A stretch of DNA of 64,000 bases from Candidatus Actinomarina sp. (GTDB lineage Bacteria > Actinomycetota > Acidimicrobiia > Actinomarinales > Actinomarinaceae): contig JAYQJM010000005.1 in NCBI GenBank assembly GCA_038142145.1, positions 252,733-316,732 on the forward strand, given 5' to 3'. Below the pieces are notes generated by a model, which worked only from the letters and a program-made list of their open reading frames with translations, ran no database searches and was not told the origin of the DNA. Both the position numbers and the translations under genes were made by a program. Shown one piece after another: positions 49,495 through 58,656 of the stretch (position 1 is its first letter; every line of letters begins with the position of its first letter).

Positions 49495-50648
49495 AAGATA
49501 TTGCTTTAATTCTAGGAATAAGACCAGATGTAATTAGGGCAAGTAAAGTTATCAAATTGCTTGAAAATAGTAATGAAATTGATTTCGATTTTATATGGTC
49601 TGGACAACATTATTCATCAAATATGAAAGATGTTTTTTTTAATCAATTAGATGTCCCTTTACCAAATTATGAGTTCAATATTGATGTCTCAAATGACGCA
49701 ACAACAGTTTCTTCAGTAATTAGCGAAACTTATGAACATCTTGAAAAGAAAAAATATAAGGCTGTAATGTTTCTTGGTGATACCAATACAGTAATGGGAT
49801 CTATTGGAGTTGCTCAGCATAATATACCAATTATTCATATTGAAGGGTGTATGAGATCATATGATTGGAGAATGCCCGAGGAAAAATATAGGAAAACTAT
49901 CGATCATTTATCAGACAGGATTTTTGCATATTTGCCTTCTTATAAGCAACAAGGAATTAATGAAGGGATATCAGATAGTATTATCAAGATAACAGGTAAT
50001 CCAATTGTAGATATTCTTAATGAATATAAAGAACTTTTTGAATCGGGTAAGGACTATTTAGATGAAGAAGTTAAAAAATTTATTTTCGAAGATGAGTATT
50101 TACTCACAACGTGTCATAGAAGGGAAAATATTTTTGATCCTGTAAGTCTTGAAAATATTATTAATTTGATAAATTCATCTAATAAAAAAGTTTTATTTCC
50201 AATGGGATATGCAACACAAAGAGAGTTGCAAAAGTCAGGTTTAAAATTAAACAACAATGTCATGGTGATTGATCCTATTGGTTATCTTGAATTTATTCAT
50301 CTGCTTCAAAATAGTTCTTATTGTATTTCCGATTCAGGAACAGTGGTTGAGGAAGCTTGTGTGTTAGGCATTCCTTCAATTCAATTGAGGTATAGTACCG
50401 AAAGGCCAGAAGTTTATGAAGTAGGCTCATCAATAAAATTTGACCCAACTTTAAAATATGAAAATTACAATTTATTACATGAAAGTGCAGAAAGTCTAAC
50501 TAATAGTAATTGGCAACAACCGTTTGGTGATGGTACAGCGTCACAGACTATTGTTGAAGACTTAATTTATCTTTCTAAGAACAATGATTTTAATAAACAT
50601 AAAAAAGAAAACTATGATTTTGATATCTCAAGATCATTTTTAAAATGA
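49491..50648 (+). CDS. UDP-N-acetylglucosamine 2-epimerase (WecB/MnaA-like), copy 1
   Basis: LILGIRPDVIRASKVI N-terminus, ISDSGTVVEEACVLGIPSIQLRYSTERPE (cf. [28 protein letters not shown]). Confidence 0.7.
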   Translation: MKDIALILGIRPDVIRASKVIKLLENSNEIDFDFIWSGQHYSSNMKDVFFNQLDVPLPNYEFNIDVSNDATTVSSVISETYEHLEKKKYKAVMFLGDTNTVMGSIGVAQHNIPIIHIEGCMRSYDWRMPEEKYRKTIDHLSDRIFAYLPSYKQQGINEGISDSIIKITGNPIVDILNEYKELFESGKDYLDEEVKKFIFEDEYLLTTCHRRENIFDPVSLENIINLINSSNKKVLFPMGYATQRELQKSGLKLNNNVMVIDPIGYLEFIHLLQNSSYCISDSGTVVEEACVLGIPSIQLRYSTERPEVYEVGSSIKFDPTLKYENYNLLHESAESLTNSNWQQPFGDGTASQTIVEDLIYLSKNNDFNKHKKENYDFDISRSFLK

Positions 50649-51814
50649 AAAAAATATTATTTCATTCTTTGACATTTCCTCCAGACACAATATCAACTGG
50701 AATGATCGTATCTAAAATTGCAGAAGGTTTCCAAAAAGATTTAAAAAATGTAGAAGTTTTAGCTAGTTCTCCACAGTATAATTTAAAGATTTTAGAACAG
50801 TTCAGAGAAAGTAAACACCAAATTTACAACGATATAAAAGTTCACTATATTTCATCATCACCAAGAAAGTTTGTAAATTCTTTAAGATTTCTACAATGGT
50901 TAAGTTTTAACTTAAAATCTTTAAAATTTATATATAAAAATAGAAAAACATATGAACATATTTTTATATTTAGTTATCCACCTACGATGAATTTAGTTTG
51001 TTTATTTACTTCAAGAATTTTGAAAATAAAAACTATTTATTCTCTCTGGGAACTTTATCCTGAGATTGCTCAAAAATTAAAAGAGCAACCTAACTTTTTA
51101 TTGAATAAAATTTTTAAAGCAATTGATAACTATGCTTTAAATTCTGTTGATAGTGTTGTTGTAAATTCTAAAGAATTAAAGCAATATTTAATTACAAATC
51201 GAAAAATTGATAGAAATAAAATATTTTCGGTTAGTCATTTTTCACCTTTTAATAAAAGCAATCACATTCCAAATTATGATTTAAAAAATATATTTTATGC
51301 TGGAAATGTTGGAAAACCACAAAATTTGCAAGATTTTATAAATTTTTTCCAGCAAAATTTTCCAAACTACTGGAGTATTGATTTATATGGAGCTGGTCAA
51401 GAACTAGAAAATGTTCAAAAACTAAAAAATATAAACGTAAGGTTTCATGAATATTTATCAAGAGAAGAACTTGAAATCTCAACAAAAGATATTCCATTTG
51501 CTCTAATCTCTCTAGATTATGAAATAACTATGGAGGGATTTCCAGGCAAAACTTTTGATTATTTAAATATGAATAAAATATTAATCAATTATTCAAATCC
51601 AAATTCTGCCGTCTCTAAATTGATTGATGAACATGGGTTGGGCTTTAATATTGACAAAAATAATCCAAATACACTTAAAAATTTTATGGATGCATTAAGT
51701 AGTGAAGATGCAATAGATAATGTTATTTCAAATATTAGTAAATTTCAAAAAAATATATCAAATGAGGAAATAGTATATAAGAAATATATGAGCTTAATTA
51801 GCTCCTCTTCTTGA
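50645..51814 (+). CDS. Glycosyltransferase (GT-B, GT4/WcaI-like)
   Basis: N-domain hydrophobic face, C-domain ...EGFPGKTFDYLNMNKILINY; moderate. Confidence 0.5.
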   Translation: MKKILFHSLTFPPDTISTGMIVSKIAEGFQKDLKNVEVLASSPQYNLKILEQFRESKHQIYNDIKVHYISSSPRKFVNSLRFLQWLSFNLKSLKFIYKNRKTYEHIFIFSYPPTMNLVCLFTSRILKIKTIYSLWELYPEIAQKLKEQPNFLLNKIFKAIDNYALNSVDSVVVNSKELKQYLITNRKIDRNKIFSVSHFSPFNKSNHIPNYDLKNIFYAGNVGKPQNLQDFINFFQQNFPNYWSIDLYGAGQELENVQKLKNINVRFHEYLSREELEISTKDIPFALISLDYEITMEGFPGKTFDYLNMNKILINYSNPNSAVSKLIDEHGLGFNIDKNNPNTLKNFMDALSSEDAIDNVISNISKFQKNISNEEIVYKKYMSLISSSS

Positions 51815-52429
51815 AATTACAGATACAAAAGTTTTTAATATTATTACCAGATCATAAATTGCAGATTTATTTTCAACATATTTTAAATCCCAAAACAGTC
51901 TTTCTTGAAGACTTAGATCAAGTCTTCCTTGAATTTGTGCCAAGCCTGTTATTCCAGGTTTTACAGAGTTTCTTTTATTGCTGTAATTACCATATAAATC
52001 AGATTCATATTTAACTAATGGTCTTGGTCCAACAAAAGACATTTTTCCCTGCGCAACATTTATTAAATTTGGTAATTCATCGAGCGATGTTTTTCTTAAG
52101 AAAGAACCAATTTTTGTAATACGGTCATCATTTTCAATTCTTATTGGATTGTCAGGTGTCAACGAAGGTTCTATTTTTTTATTTTCTGATAAATATTTGT
52201 AGTGCTCTTCGTGTATTGACTGATCAGAGGAAACTGACATAGTTCTAAATTTTAATAATTTAAACTCTATTCCATTTAATCCAACTCTTTTTTGAGAGTA
52301 CAGAACAGGTCTTGAATCAAAAATAACTATTAGTAATGAAATAATTGGGAAAATAATAAGAAATATTGGAAAAGCTATTAATAAAAGAAAAAAATCTATT
52401 AAATATTTCATAACATTAACTTTAAACAA
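51794..52429 (-). CDS. Monotopic polyprenyl-phosphate phosphoglycosyl transferase (bacterial sugar transferase family, PglC/WecP/WbaP-C-like)
   Basis: Single N-terminal re-entrant helix; LLKFRTM and DELPNLINVAQGKMSFVGPRPL signature motifs; 211 aa. Confidence 0.85.
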   Translation of the reverse strand: MFKVNVMKYLIDFFLLLIAFPIFLIIFPIISLLIVIFDSRPVLYSQKRVGLNGIEFKLLKFRTMSVSSDQSIHEEHYKYLSENKKIEPSLTPDNPIRIENDDRITKIGSFLRKTSLDELPNLINVAQGKMSFVGPRPLVKYESDLYGNYSNKRNSVKPGITGLAQIQGRLDLSLQERLFWDLKYVENKSAIYDLVIILKTFVSVISRRGAN

Positions 52430-52478
52430 AAAAAATTAATGTACTTTAAATAAAAAATTTAACATTAAAGTTAGATAA

Positions 52479-54317
52479 ATGTGTGGAATAGCTGGAATTT
52501 TAAGCTTAAATAATTCCAAAATTGAAACATCGATTGTCGATAATGTTAAAAGATCTCTAGAACACAGAGGTCCTGATCACTCTTCACATAAATATATTTC
52601 CAGTTCAATATGCTTAATTCATACAAGGTTATCAATTATTGATCTAAACGACAGGTCTAATCAGCCGCTACAGTCAGATGATGGAAGATTTACTATTGTA
52701 TTTAATGGTGAAATATTCAACTATAAAGAAATTAGAAAAGATCTTGAGCAAAAAGACTTCCAATTTTATACCTCTGGCGACACTGAAGTTTTATTAAAAG
52801 GTTTTATAGCTTATGGAGAAGGTGTTCTAAAAAAACTAAGGGGCCAGTTTGCTTTTTGTATTTACGATGAGCTAACTCAAGAATTATTTATAGCTAGAGA
52901 TAGGGTAGGTATAAAACCAATTTATTACTCAATTTATGATGATTGGATAGTTTTTGGTTCTGAAATTAAAGCGATTGAATCATCTAAATTGATTAGATTT
53001 GAACCAGATGAAGAAGCTTATTCAGCATATTTAAGACATCTTTGCACACCATCAAATAGAACTGGAAATAAAAATATAAACAAAATTGAACCAGGTGAAT
53101 ATATAAAAATAAATAAAGATGGAAAATTAGAAAAATCAAAATATTGGGACCCATTTTCATTTTCTGAAAATAATGATATTGACAAAGCAGAAGCATTAAA
53201 TGAAATTGAAAAATTATTAATTGAATCTGTAGAGTATCGAAAAGTAAGTGATGTCGATGTAGGATTATTTCTTTCTGGAGGCTTAGATTCTTCACTGCTT
53301 GGAAAGTTCATGAAACAATCTTCCAACTCTACACTTAAAGCATTCAATATTGATTTTGATGAAAGCTTTGAAGGTTATAAGGGTGAAGCAGCAGAAGCTA
53401 AGTTTGCATCTGAAGAAATAGAATTAGAATTATCTCAACAAAAAGTTAATTTTAAAGATTTCCAAAATATTCTGGATAATTACACATACTTTCAAGATGA
53501 TCTAGTCGGTGACGAAGTTGGAATTCCGTTATATTTTTTAGGAAAAGCAACAAAGTCTTCAAATATTAAAGTTGTTCAAGTTGGTGAAGGTGCTGATGAA
53601 TTATTTTATGGATATGAACATTGGAATAGATTATTAAAGTTAAGTAAATTAATGAAACCGTATGCTTCAAAAAATATGAAATTTTCAAGTTTTCAAAACC
53701 ATAGGCTAAATTTATTTTCTAATTTAATTTCTGGGAATACAGTATTTGCAGGCGGTGCTTTAGGTTTTAATTTAGGTGAAATAAGTAATCTTGTTACAAA
53801 TAATGAGTTAATCAACTCTGAAGTACTTCGATTAGCAGATAGACATTGGATTGAATATTTTAGTTCAAATAATCCAAAACTTTCAAAATGGATGACACTT
53901 ATAGATTTAAAGATTAGGTTGCCTGAGTTATTGTTGATGAGGATGGATAAGTTAGTTATGCAGTCAGGCATAGAAGCTAGAGTGCCGTTTTTAGACCATA
54001 AATTAATTGAATTTATTTTGACAGTACCTGAAAACATTATTTTAGAAAATTTCTCAGGTAAACCACTTTTAAAAAATATTGCTGAAAAATTTATCTCTAA
54101 AGAAATAATTTATAGAAAAAAACAAGGATTTAGAGCTCCTATCTCAAACTGGATTCTTAAAGATTTCAGATTATTTACTGATAAAATTTATGACTTTAAT
54201 GCTACCTTTGAGTTTTTCAATAAAAAAGAGTTAGATAATTTACTAAAAAATAATGATATTCAAAAAATTTGGTATGTATATAACTTATCAAACTGGCATA
54301 TGTCGAGGATTAGTTAA
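52479..54317 (+). CDS. asnB: Asparagine synthetase B-type glutamine amidotransferase (AsnB/WbpS-like)
   Basis: N-terminal MCGIAGIL (Ntn Cys), PP-loop FLSGGLDSS; 612 aa; embedded in glycan cluster. Confidence 0.8.
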   Translation: MCGIAGILSLNNSKIETSIVDNVKRSLEHRGPDHSSHKYISSSICLIHTRLSIIDLNDRSNQPLQSDDGRFTIVFNGEIFNYKEIRKDLEQKDFQFYTSGDTEVLLKGFIAYGEGVLKKLRGQFAFCIYDELTQELFIARDRVGIKPIYYSIYDDWIVFGSEIKAIESSKLIRFEPDEEAYSAYLRHLCTPSNRTGNKNINKIEPGEYIKINKDGKLEKSKYWDPFSFSENNDIDKAEALNEIEKLLIESVEYRKVSDVDVGLFLSGGLDSSLLGKFMKQSSNSTLKAFNIDFDESFEGYKGEAAEAKFASEEIELELSQQKVNFKDFQNILDNYTYFQDDLVGDEVGIPLYFLGKATKSSNIKVVQVGEGADELFYGYEHWNRLLKLSKLMKPYASKNMKFSSFQNHRLNLFSNLISGNTVFAGGALGFNLGEISNLVTNNELINSEVLRLADRHWIEYFSSNNPKLSKWMTLIDLKIRLPELLLMRMDKLVMQSGIEARVPFLDHKLIEFILTVPENIILENFSGKPLLKNIAEKFISKEIIYRKKQGFRAPISNWILKDFRLFTDKIYDFNATFEFFNKKELDNLLKNNDIQKIWYVYNLSNWHMSRIS

Positions 54318-54319
54318 AA

Positions 54320-55540
54320 ATGTTTAAGACTTGGAAAAAAAATACTTTGTATATCTCCTTTATGCAAATCATTCTTTTAATCGTAAACTTTTTTTTAATA
54401 ACAATAATTTCAAGGGAATATGGTGCAGAAATTTATGGAGAGTACGCATCTGCAAAAAGCCTTTCAGTTTTATTGGGAACAGCTATAGTTCTTTCTCTTG
54501 CTTTGGTTGTAACAAGAACAAGTTCAAATATAGAAAAATTTGATAAAAACTTGTTTTACACAACTTATAAAACAATTATAAGGAATACAATTCTCGCAAG
54601 TGTCTTGGTTGTTCCTCTTTCAGCAATTTTTGGACGTAATTATATTTATGTTTTTATTTTTCTTCTTGGTTTTGTTTTTAACGAAATGCTTCATGTAGCT
54701 TTAGCATTTCATCAATCAAAAGGAGATTTTGTAATAAGTTCAAAACAAATTATTTTGAGAACAGTAATTTATGGTCTCGGTGGCTGGTTAATAATTTATT
54801 TTCAATACTCAATTTTTTGGGTCATAGTATTTCAAACATTTTTATTACTAATTTTTTATTTTGTTGCAAATAATTCATTACCAAAAGAAGAATCAAATAC
54901 TGACAATACATATACTTCAAAAGAATTAAGAAAATCTGGTAGAAAGATGGTTCTAACAACACTTTCAGCTGCACTTATATCAGAATTAGATATTGTCATT
55001 CTTGGAGTATTTTATTCCGGTCCAATTTTAGGTGTATTAGCTTGGTCAAGAAGAATTTTGGAGGGATTACATCAGCTAGTTGGTGCAAGTTTAGATATTG
55101 TTTTTCCTGAAATTTCAAAATTAAAAAATATTAGTGAAATTAATGAAATAAGAAATAAATTAAAGTTGGTGATTTTGGTCTCTCTTTTTATCCCACTTCT
55201 ATATTTAGTACTTGAGAATGCAGCAAATAATATCTTTATAAATGTATTAGGTACTGAGTTTATTGACTTGGCTTCAATATTTAGAGTTGTAATTTTTTCT
55301 TTACCATTCATGCTTTGGTCAAGAGTAAACATAATTTTTGCCAGAGCAATGCATTTTGAAATTAATCTATTTAAAGTTGTTATAACTGCAGCAGCAATAT
55401 CTTATTTAATTTATTTTTTCATAAGTCAATACAATTTATTCTCACCAGAATTTGGTATATTAAGTTCTCAAATTACATTTTCCCTCTTCACATCAGTTTT
55501 TGTAGGAAGACAAATTAAAGTAGGAATTGAAAGTAGGTAA
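54320..55540 (+). CDS. Polysaccharide flippase (Wzx; MOP superfamily)
   Basis: 406 aa, ~12 TM, position inside Wzy-dependent cluster; no sharper motif. Confidence 0.5.
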   Translation: MFKTWKKNTLYISFMQIILLIVNFFLITIISREYGAEIYGEYASAKSLSVLLGTAIVLSLALVVTRTSSNIEKFDKNLFYTTYKTIIRNTILASVLVVPLSAIFGRNYIYVFIFLLGFVFNEMLHVALAFHQSKGDFVISSKQIILRTVIYGLGGWLIIYFQYSIFWVIVFQTFLLLIFYFVANNSLPKEESNTDNTYTSKELRKSGRKMVLTTLSAALISELDIVILGVFYSGPILGVLAWSRRILEGLHQLVGASLDIVFPEISKLKNISEINEIRNKLKLVILVSLFIPLLYLVLENAANNIFINVLGTEFIDLASIFRVVIFSLPFMLWSRVNIIFARAMHFEINLFKVVITAAAISYLIYFFISQYNLFSPEFGILSSQITFSLFTSVFVGRQIKVGIESR

Positions 55541-55603
55541 GTAAAATCTCAATTGCTTTAAAAAATATTTATAGTTTTTTAGTTTTTATTTTTAGGATTA
55601 AAA

Positions 55604-57283
55604 ATGATTAACTTGTTTTTAAAAAGAATTAAATATAACTTAAAGGGAATTTTTTCAAGAAAAATTACAATTCCCTCTGAAATTCATTCATTTAAATACA
55701 ATCATCCAAAATTTGCTGATACATTGGTGTCCTATCTCTTATCAAATAATGATAAAAAGGTTGATGCAAAGATAAGAATATTTGGTAAAGAAATAATGAA
55801 TCCAGTAGTAACTGAAGATATTTTTTCAAGTTTTCAATTTAATAATCATCGTAGGTATATTCCTGCATATTTTAATAAGGGAGATGTTAAGGTTCCATAT
55901 GAAGCATCAAGACTACAATATTTACAAAAGTTTCACTTTTTGTCAGTAAATAAAATTAACTATGATATCAAAAAGATTAATGTAGATGATTTCCCCCTCC
56001 TTTATTGGAATAGTCCAATGGATGTAGCAATAAGAAACATAAATTTAATTCTCCATAGGATGTTTTTAGAATTGAGTGATTTAAATGTTGTTTTACTTGA
56101 AAATGATATGAAAAAAATCGACTCTTACATAAGTCAGCATTATAAATTCGTAAATGAAAATCTTGAAAACAAAGGCAATGTTGTTGGCAATCATTATTTA
56201 GTTGAGCTAGCGTCGATTCTCTTTACTTTGTCAATATATAAATTTGAGAATTGTGAAGAAGAAATTGAATATTTTCTTAACGAGCTTTCAAGACAATTAG
56301 ATTTGCAATTTTTTGAAGAAGGAACGAATTTTGAAGGATCTTCTCATTACTCAGCATTGGTGGTTGAAGCTTTGATGGTTTGTAAGCTTGCGATTGAGCA
56401 GATTGATGAGAAATCAAGCATTTTGAGAAAAATTGAATATATTATCCTATCCAATAAAAACTTTTTAAATTTGCTTATGATTAACGGCGAATTATCTCAA
56501 ATAGGTGACAATGACTCTGGAAGAATTTTTTATTATTTTTTTGATGAGAAGCAACCTCTTAATATGAACTGGCTCATTGAAATGATTGATTACTTTTATG
56601 AAGGTAAAAATAAAGAACTATTAATCGAAAATTATATAAATGATTTAAGCTTTGATGAAATTGTTAATAAGTATTTAGATAATGATATTTCTAAGCTAAA
56701 CAGGGTAGTAAATCCTAATATAAAAATATTTACGGATGATTTTGAATTGTATTCTTTTAAAGAGTTTGGGATATACATTTGGAAAAATAGATCAGGATCA
56801 GAGTACTTTAGCATTAGATGTGGAAAAATAGGTCAAAATGGAGTTGGAGGCCATTCTCACTATGATCAATTATCGATAGAGTGTTTTACAAATAATAAAT
56901 GGATAGCAAGAGATCCTGGAACTGGAACCTATACCGACAACATAGAAGTCAGGAACAATTTTAGATCAACAAATTACCACTGGGGTCCCAAAGCTGACGT
57001 TAATCTCCCTATAATGGATGAATTTGATTGCTTTAAATTACATAAAGAAATTTCTAGTCCATTAATTTCTGACGGTAAAGTTTTGTATTTAGACAAATAT
57101 AACTTTTTAGGTTCAGTCAATATAAACGGTAAAGAAATTTTTAGAAAAATTAATTTTCAAAATGGAAATGTAATTATTGAAGATTTCTCCTATGACTGCA
57201 GCTTAGAAGAATATAGGTCCTGGGGTGAGAATAATTTTGGTGTAAAAGAAGAGTTTTCAAATGGATATAAAAGATACAAATGA
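55604..57283 (+). CDS. Heparinase II/III-like family protein (alpha/alpha toroid + beta sandwich), putative
   Basis: 559 aa soluble; pattern GNHYLVELASIL...EGSSHYSALVVEAL...GGHSHYDQLS. Members of this family are reported paired with asnB homologues in surface polysaccharide clusters (from memory). Confidence 0.4.
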   Translation: MINLFLKRIKYNLKGIFSRKITIPSEIHSFKYNHPKFADTLVSYLLSNNDKKVDAKIRIFGKEIMNPVVTEDIFSSFQFNNHRRYIPAYFNKGDVKVPYEASRLQYLQKFHFLSVNKINYDIKKINVDDFPLLYWNSPMDVAIRNINLILHRMFLELSDLNVVLLENDMKKIDSYISQHYKFVNENLENKGNVVGNHYLVELASILFTLSIYKFENCEEEIEYFLNELSRQLDLQFFEEGTNFEGSSHYSALVVEALMVCKLAIEQIDEKSSILRKIEYIILSNKNFLNLLMINGELSQIGDNDSGRIFYYFFDEKQPLNMNWLIEMIDYFYEGKNKELLIENYINDLSFDEIVNKYLDNDISKLNRVVNPNIKIFTDDFELYSFKEFGIYIWKNRSGSEYFSIRCGKIGQNGVGGHSHYDQLSIECFTNNKWIARDPGTGTYTDNIEVRNNFRSTNYHWGPKADVNLPIMDEFDCFKLHKEISSPLISDGKVLYLDKYNFLGSVNINGKEIFRKINFQNGNVIIEDFSYDCSLEEYRSWGENNFGVKEEFSNGYKRYK

Positions 57284-58656
57284 TTAAAAAAAATAACTTT
57301 CTTAATATAATTTTTTTTCTAGCTCTCTTCCTCGAAGGGCTTGATGCCTTTTCTTTATTTACTATTCCTCTATCTTGGATTGGAGTTGTAGTATTTGTAT
57401 CAATTTATCTATATCTTAAATTTGTAAGTAAAGAGGGGTATATATTTGATTTAATTGGTATTAAATACTTTTTATATTATTTAGTACTTGTTACTTTGAT
57501 TAGAACAATTACATTTGATTATGACATACCTGAACTAGCTACAACAAATGTATATGAATATTTAGCTTTAAGATTATTAAAAATTTTAAGTTTCTATGGT
57601 GTGATCTCAATTACGGTTTGGCTTACATCAAAGAAAGGCATTGAATTTGTAACACAGTTAATTGTTTATGTTGGTATTGCTATTTCTTTACTCTCTTTAT
57701 ATTCATATTTTTCTTATGTATTTGATTGGTCCGATTTTGTCAGAAATAGACCCGGTTCAGGTGGATGGACGCAACCAATAAGAAGAGCTTGTTCTGTATT
57801 GAGAAATTATGGAACATTTAGAGAGCCTAGTTTTCTTGCAGTCTGGATTGCACCAATAATTCCATTAATTTTTAAATTTGCAAGAAAAAACAGTATTTGG
57901 TACTTAGTATCAATATTACCAATCTTAAGTTTGGTCTTAACTAGAAGCTTGACAGGTGTTGTAAGCATATTGCTAGTATTCGGACTTGTATTTGTATTTA
58001 AATTAGTAAGATTAAAATCTTTTGATTTTCATCTTGTAATACCAGTATTGCTGATATTGCTTGTGAGTATATTTAGTAACAATTTAAGTTATAAATTTCC
58101 TGCTTTGGATTCTTCAATGTGTCCACCTGAATCAGCTGATAAATGTAATTGTTCAATTTATGATGATGAGCAAGATAAAGCAAAAAACTCAAACAATGTT
58201 TTCGAGAGTATTTTTAATAGAGTTGCAATCATTTCTTCTGGAGGTATTGGTGGTTTTGAAAACATAGATATATTATCTCAATATATACAGAGTGAAAGTC
58301 TTAAAATTTTTGGTGATGGTTTAGGTATTTCAAATCTTAAATTTTCACCAAAATATGATGAACTTACTAAACAGATCAATGAAGACAAAATCATCTACAA
58401 GAACCCGGGCCAAGTTGTATCATTTAATAATTTGTATGGAAATTTGTACTTATCGGGTGGAGTTATTGCTCTAGTAATGTTCTTACTAATTATTAGCAAC
58501 ATGTTTATTAGAATTGTTCGCCTAAAAGAATTTGATCAATACTTAATGAGTGGCTTACTTTTAATTTTATTAATGTTTTTTTTCCAAGCCGAAGAATTAA
58601 GTTCAATGTTGGCTATTTATGTAGGTTTGATTATTGCAAAGTCTAACAATGAATAA
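57280..58656 (+). CDS. O-antigen ligase/polymerase (Wzy_C) family membrane protein with Cys-containing extracytoplasmic loop
   Basis: TM block, loop CPPESADKCNCS...SGGIGGFENID, C-terminal NNLYGNLYLSGGVIALVMFLL signature. Confidence 0.55.
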   Translation: MIKKNNFLNIIFFLALFLEGLDAFSLFTIPLSWIGVVVFVSIYLYLKFVSKEGYIFDLIGIKYFLYYLVLVTLIRTITFDYDIPELATTNVYEYLALRLLKILSFYGVISITVWLTSKKGIEFVTQLIVYVGIAISLLSLYSYFSYVFDWSDFVRNRPGSGGWTQPIRRACSVLRNYGTFREPSFLAVWIAPIIPLIFKFARKNSIWYLVSILPILSLVLTRSLTGVVSILLVFGLVFVFKLVRLKSFDFHLVIPVLLILLVSIFSNNLSYKFPALDSSMCPPESADKCNCSIYDDEQDKAKNSNNVFESIFNRVAIISSGGIGGFENIDILSQYIQSESLKIFGDGLGISNLKFSPKYDELTKQINEDKIIYKNPGQVVSFNNLYGNLYLSGGVIALVMFLLIISNMFIRIVRLKEFDQYLMSGLLLILLMFFFQAEELSSMLAIYVGLIIAKSNNE

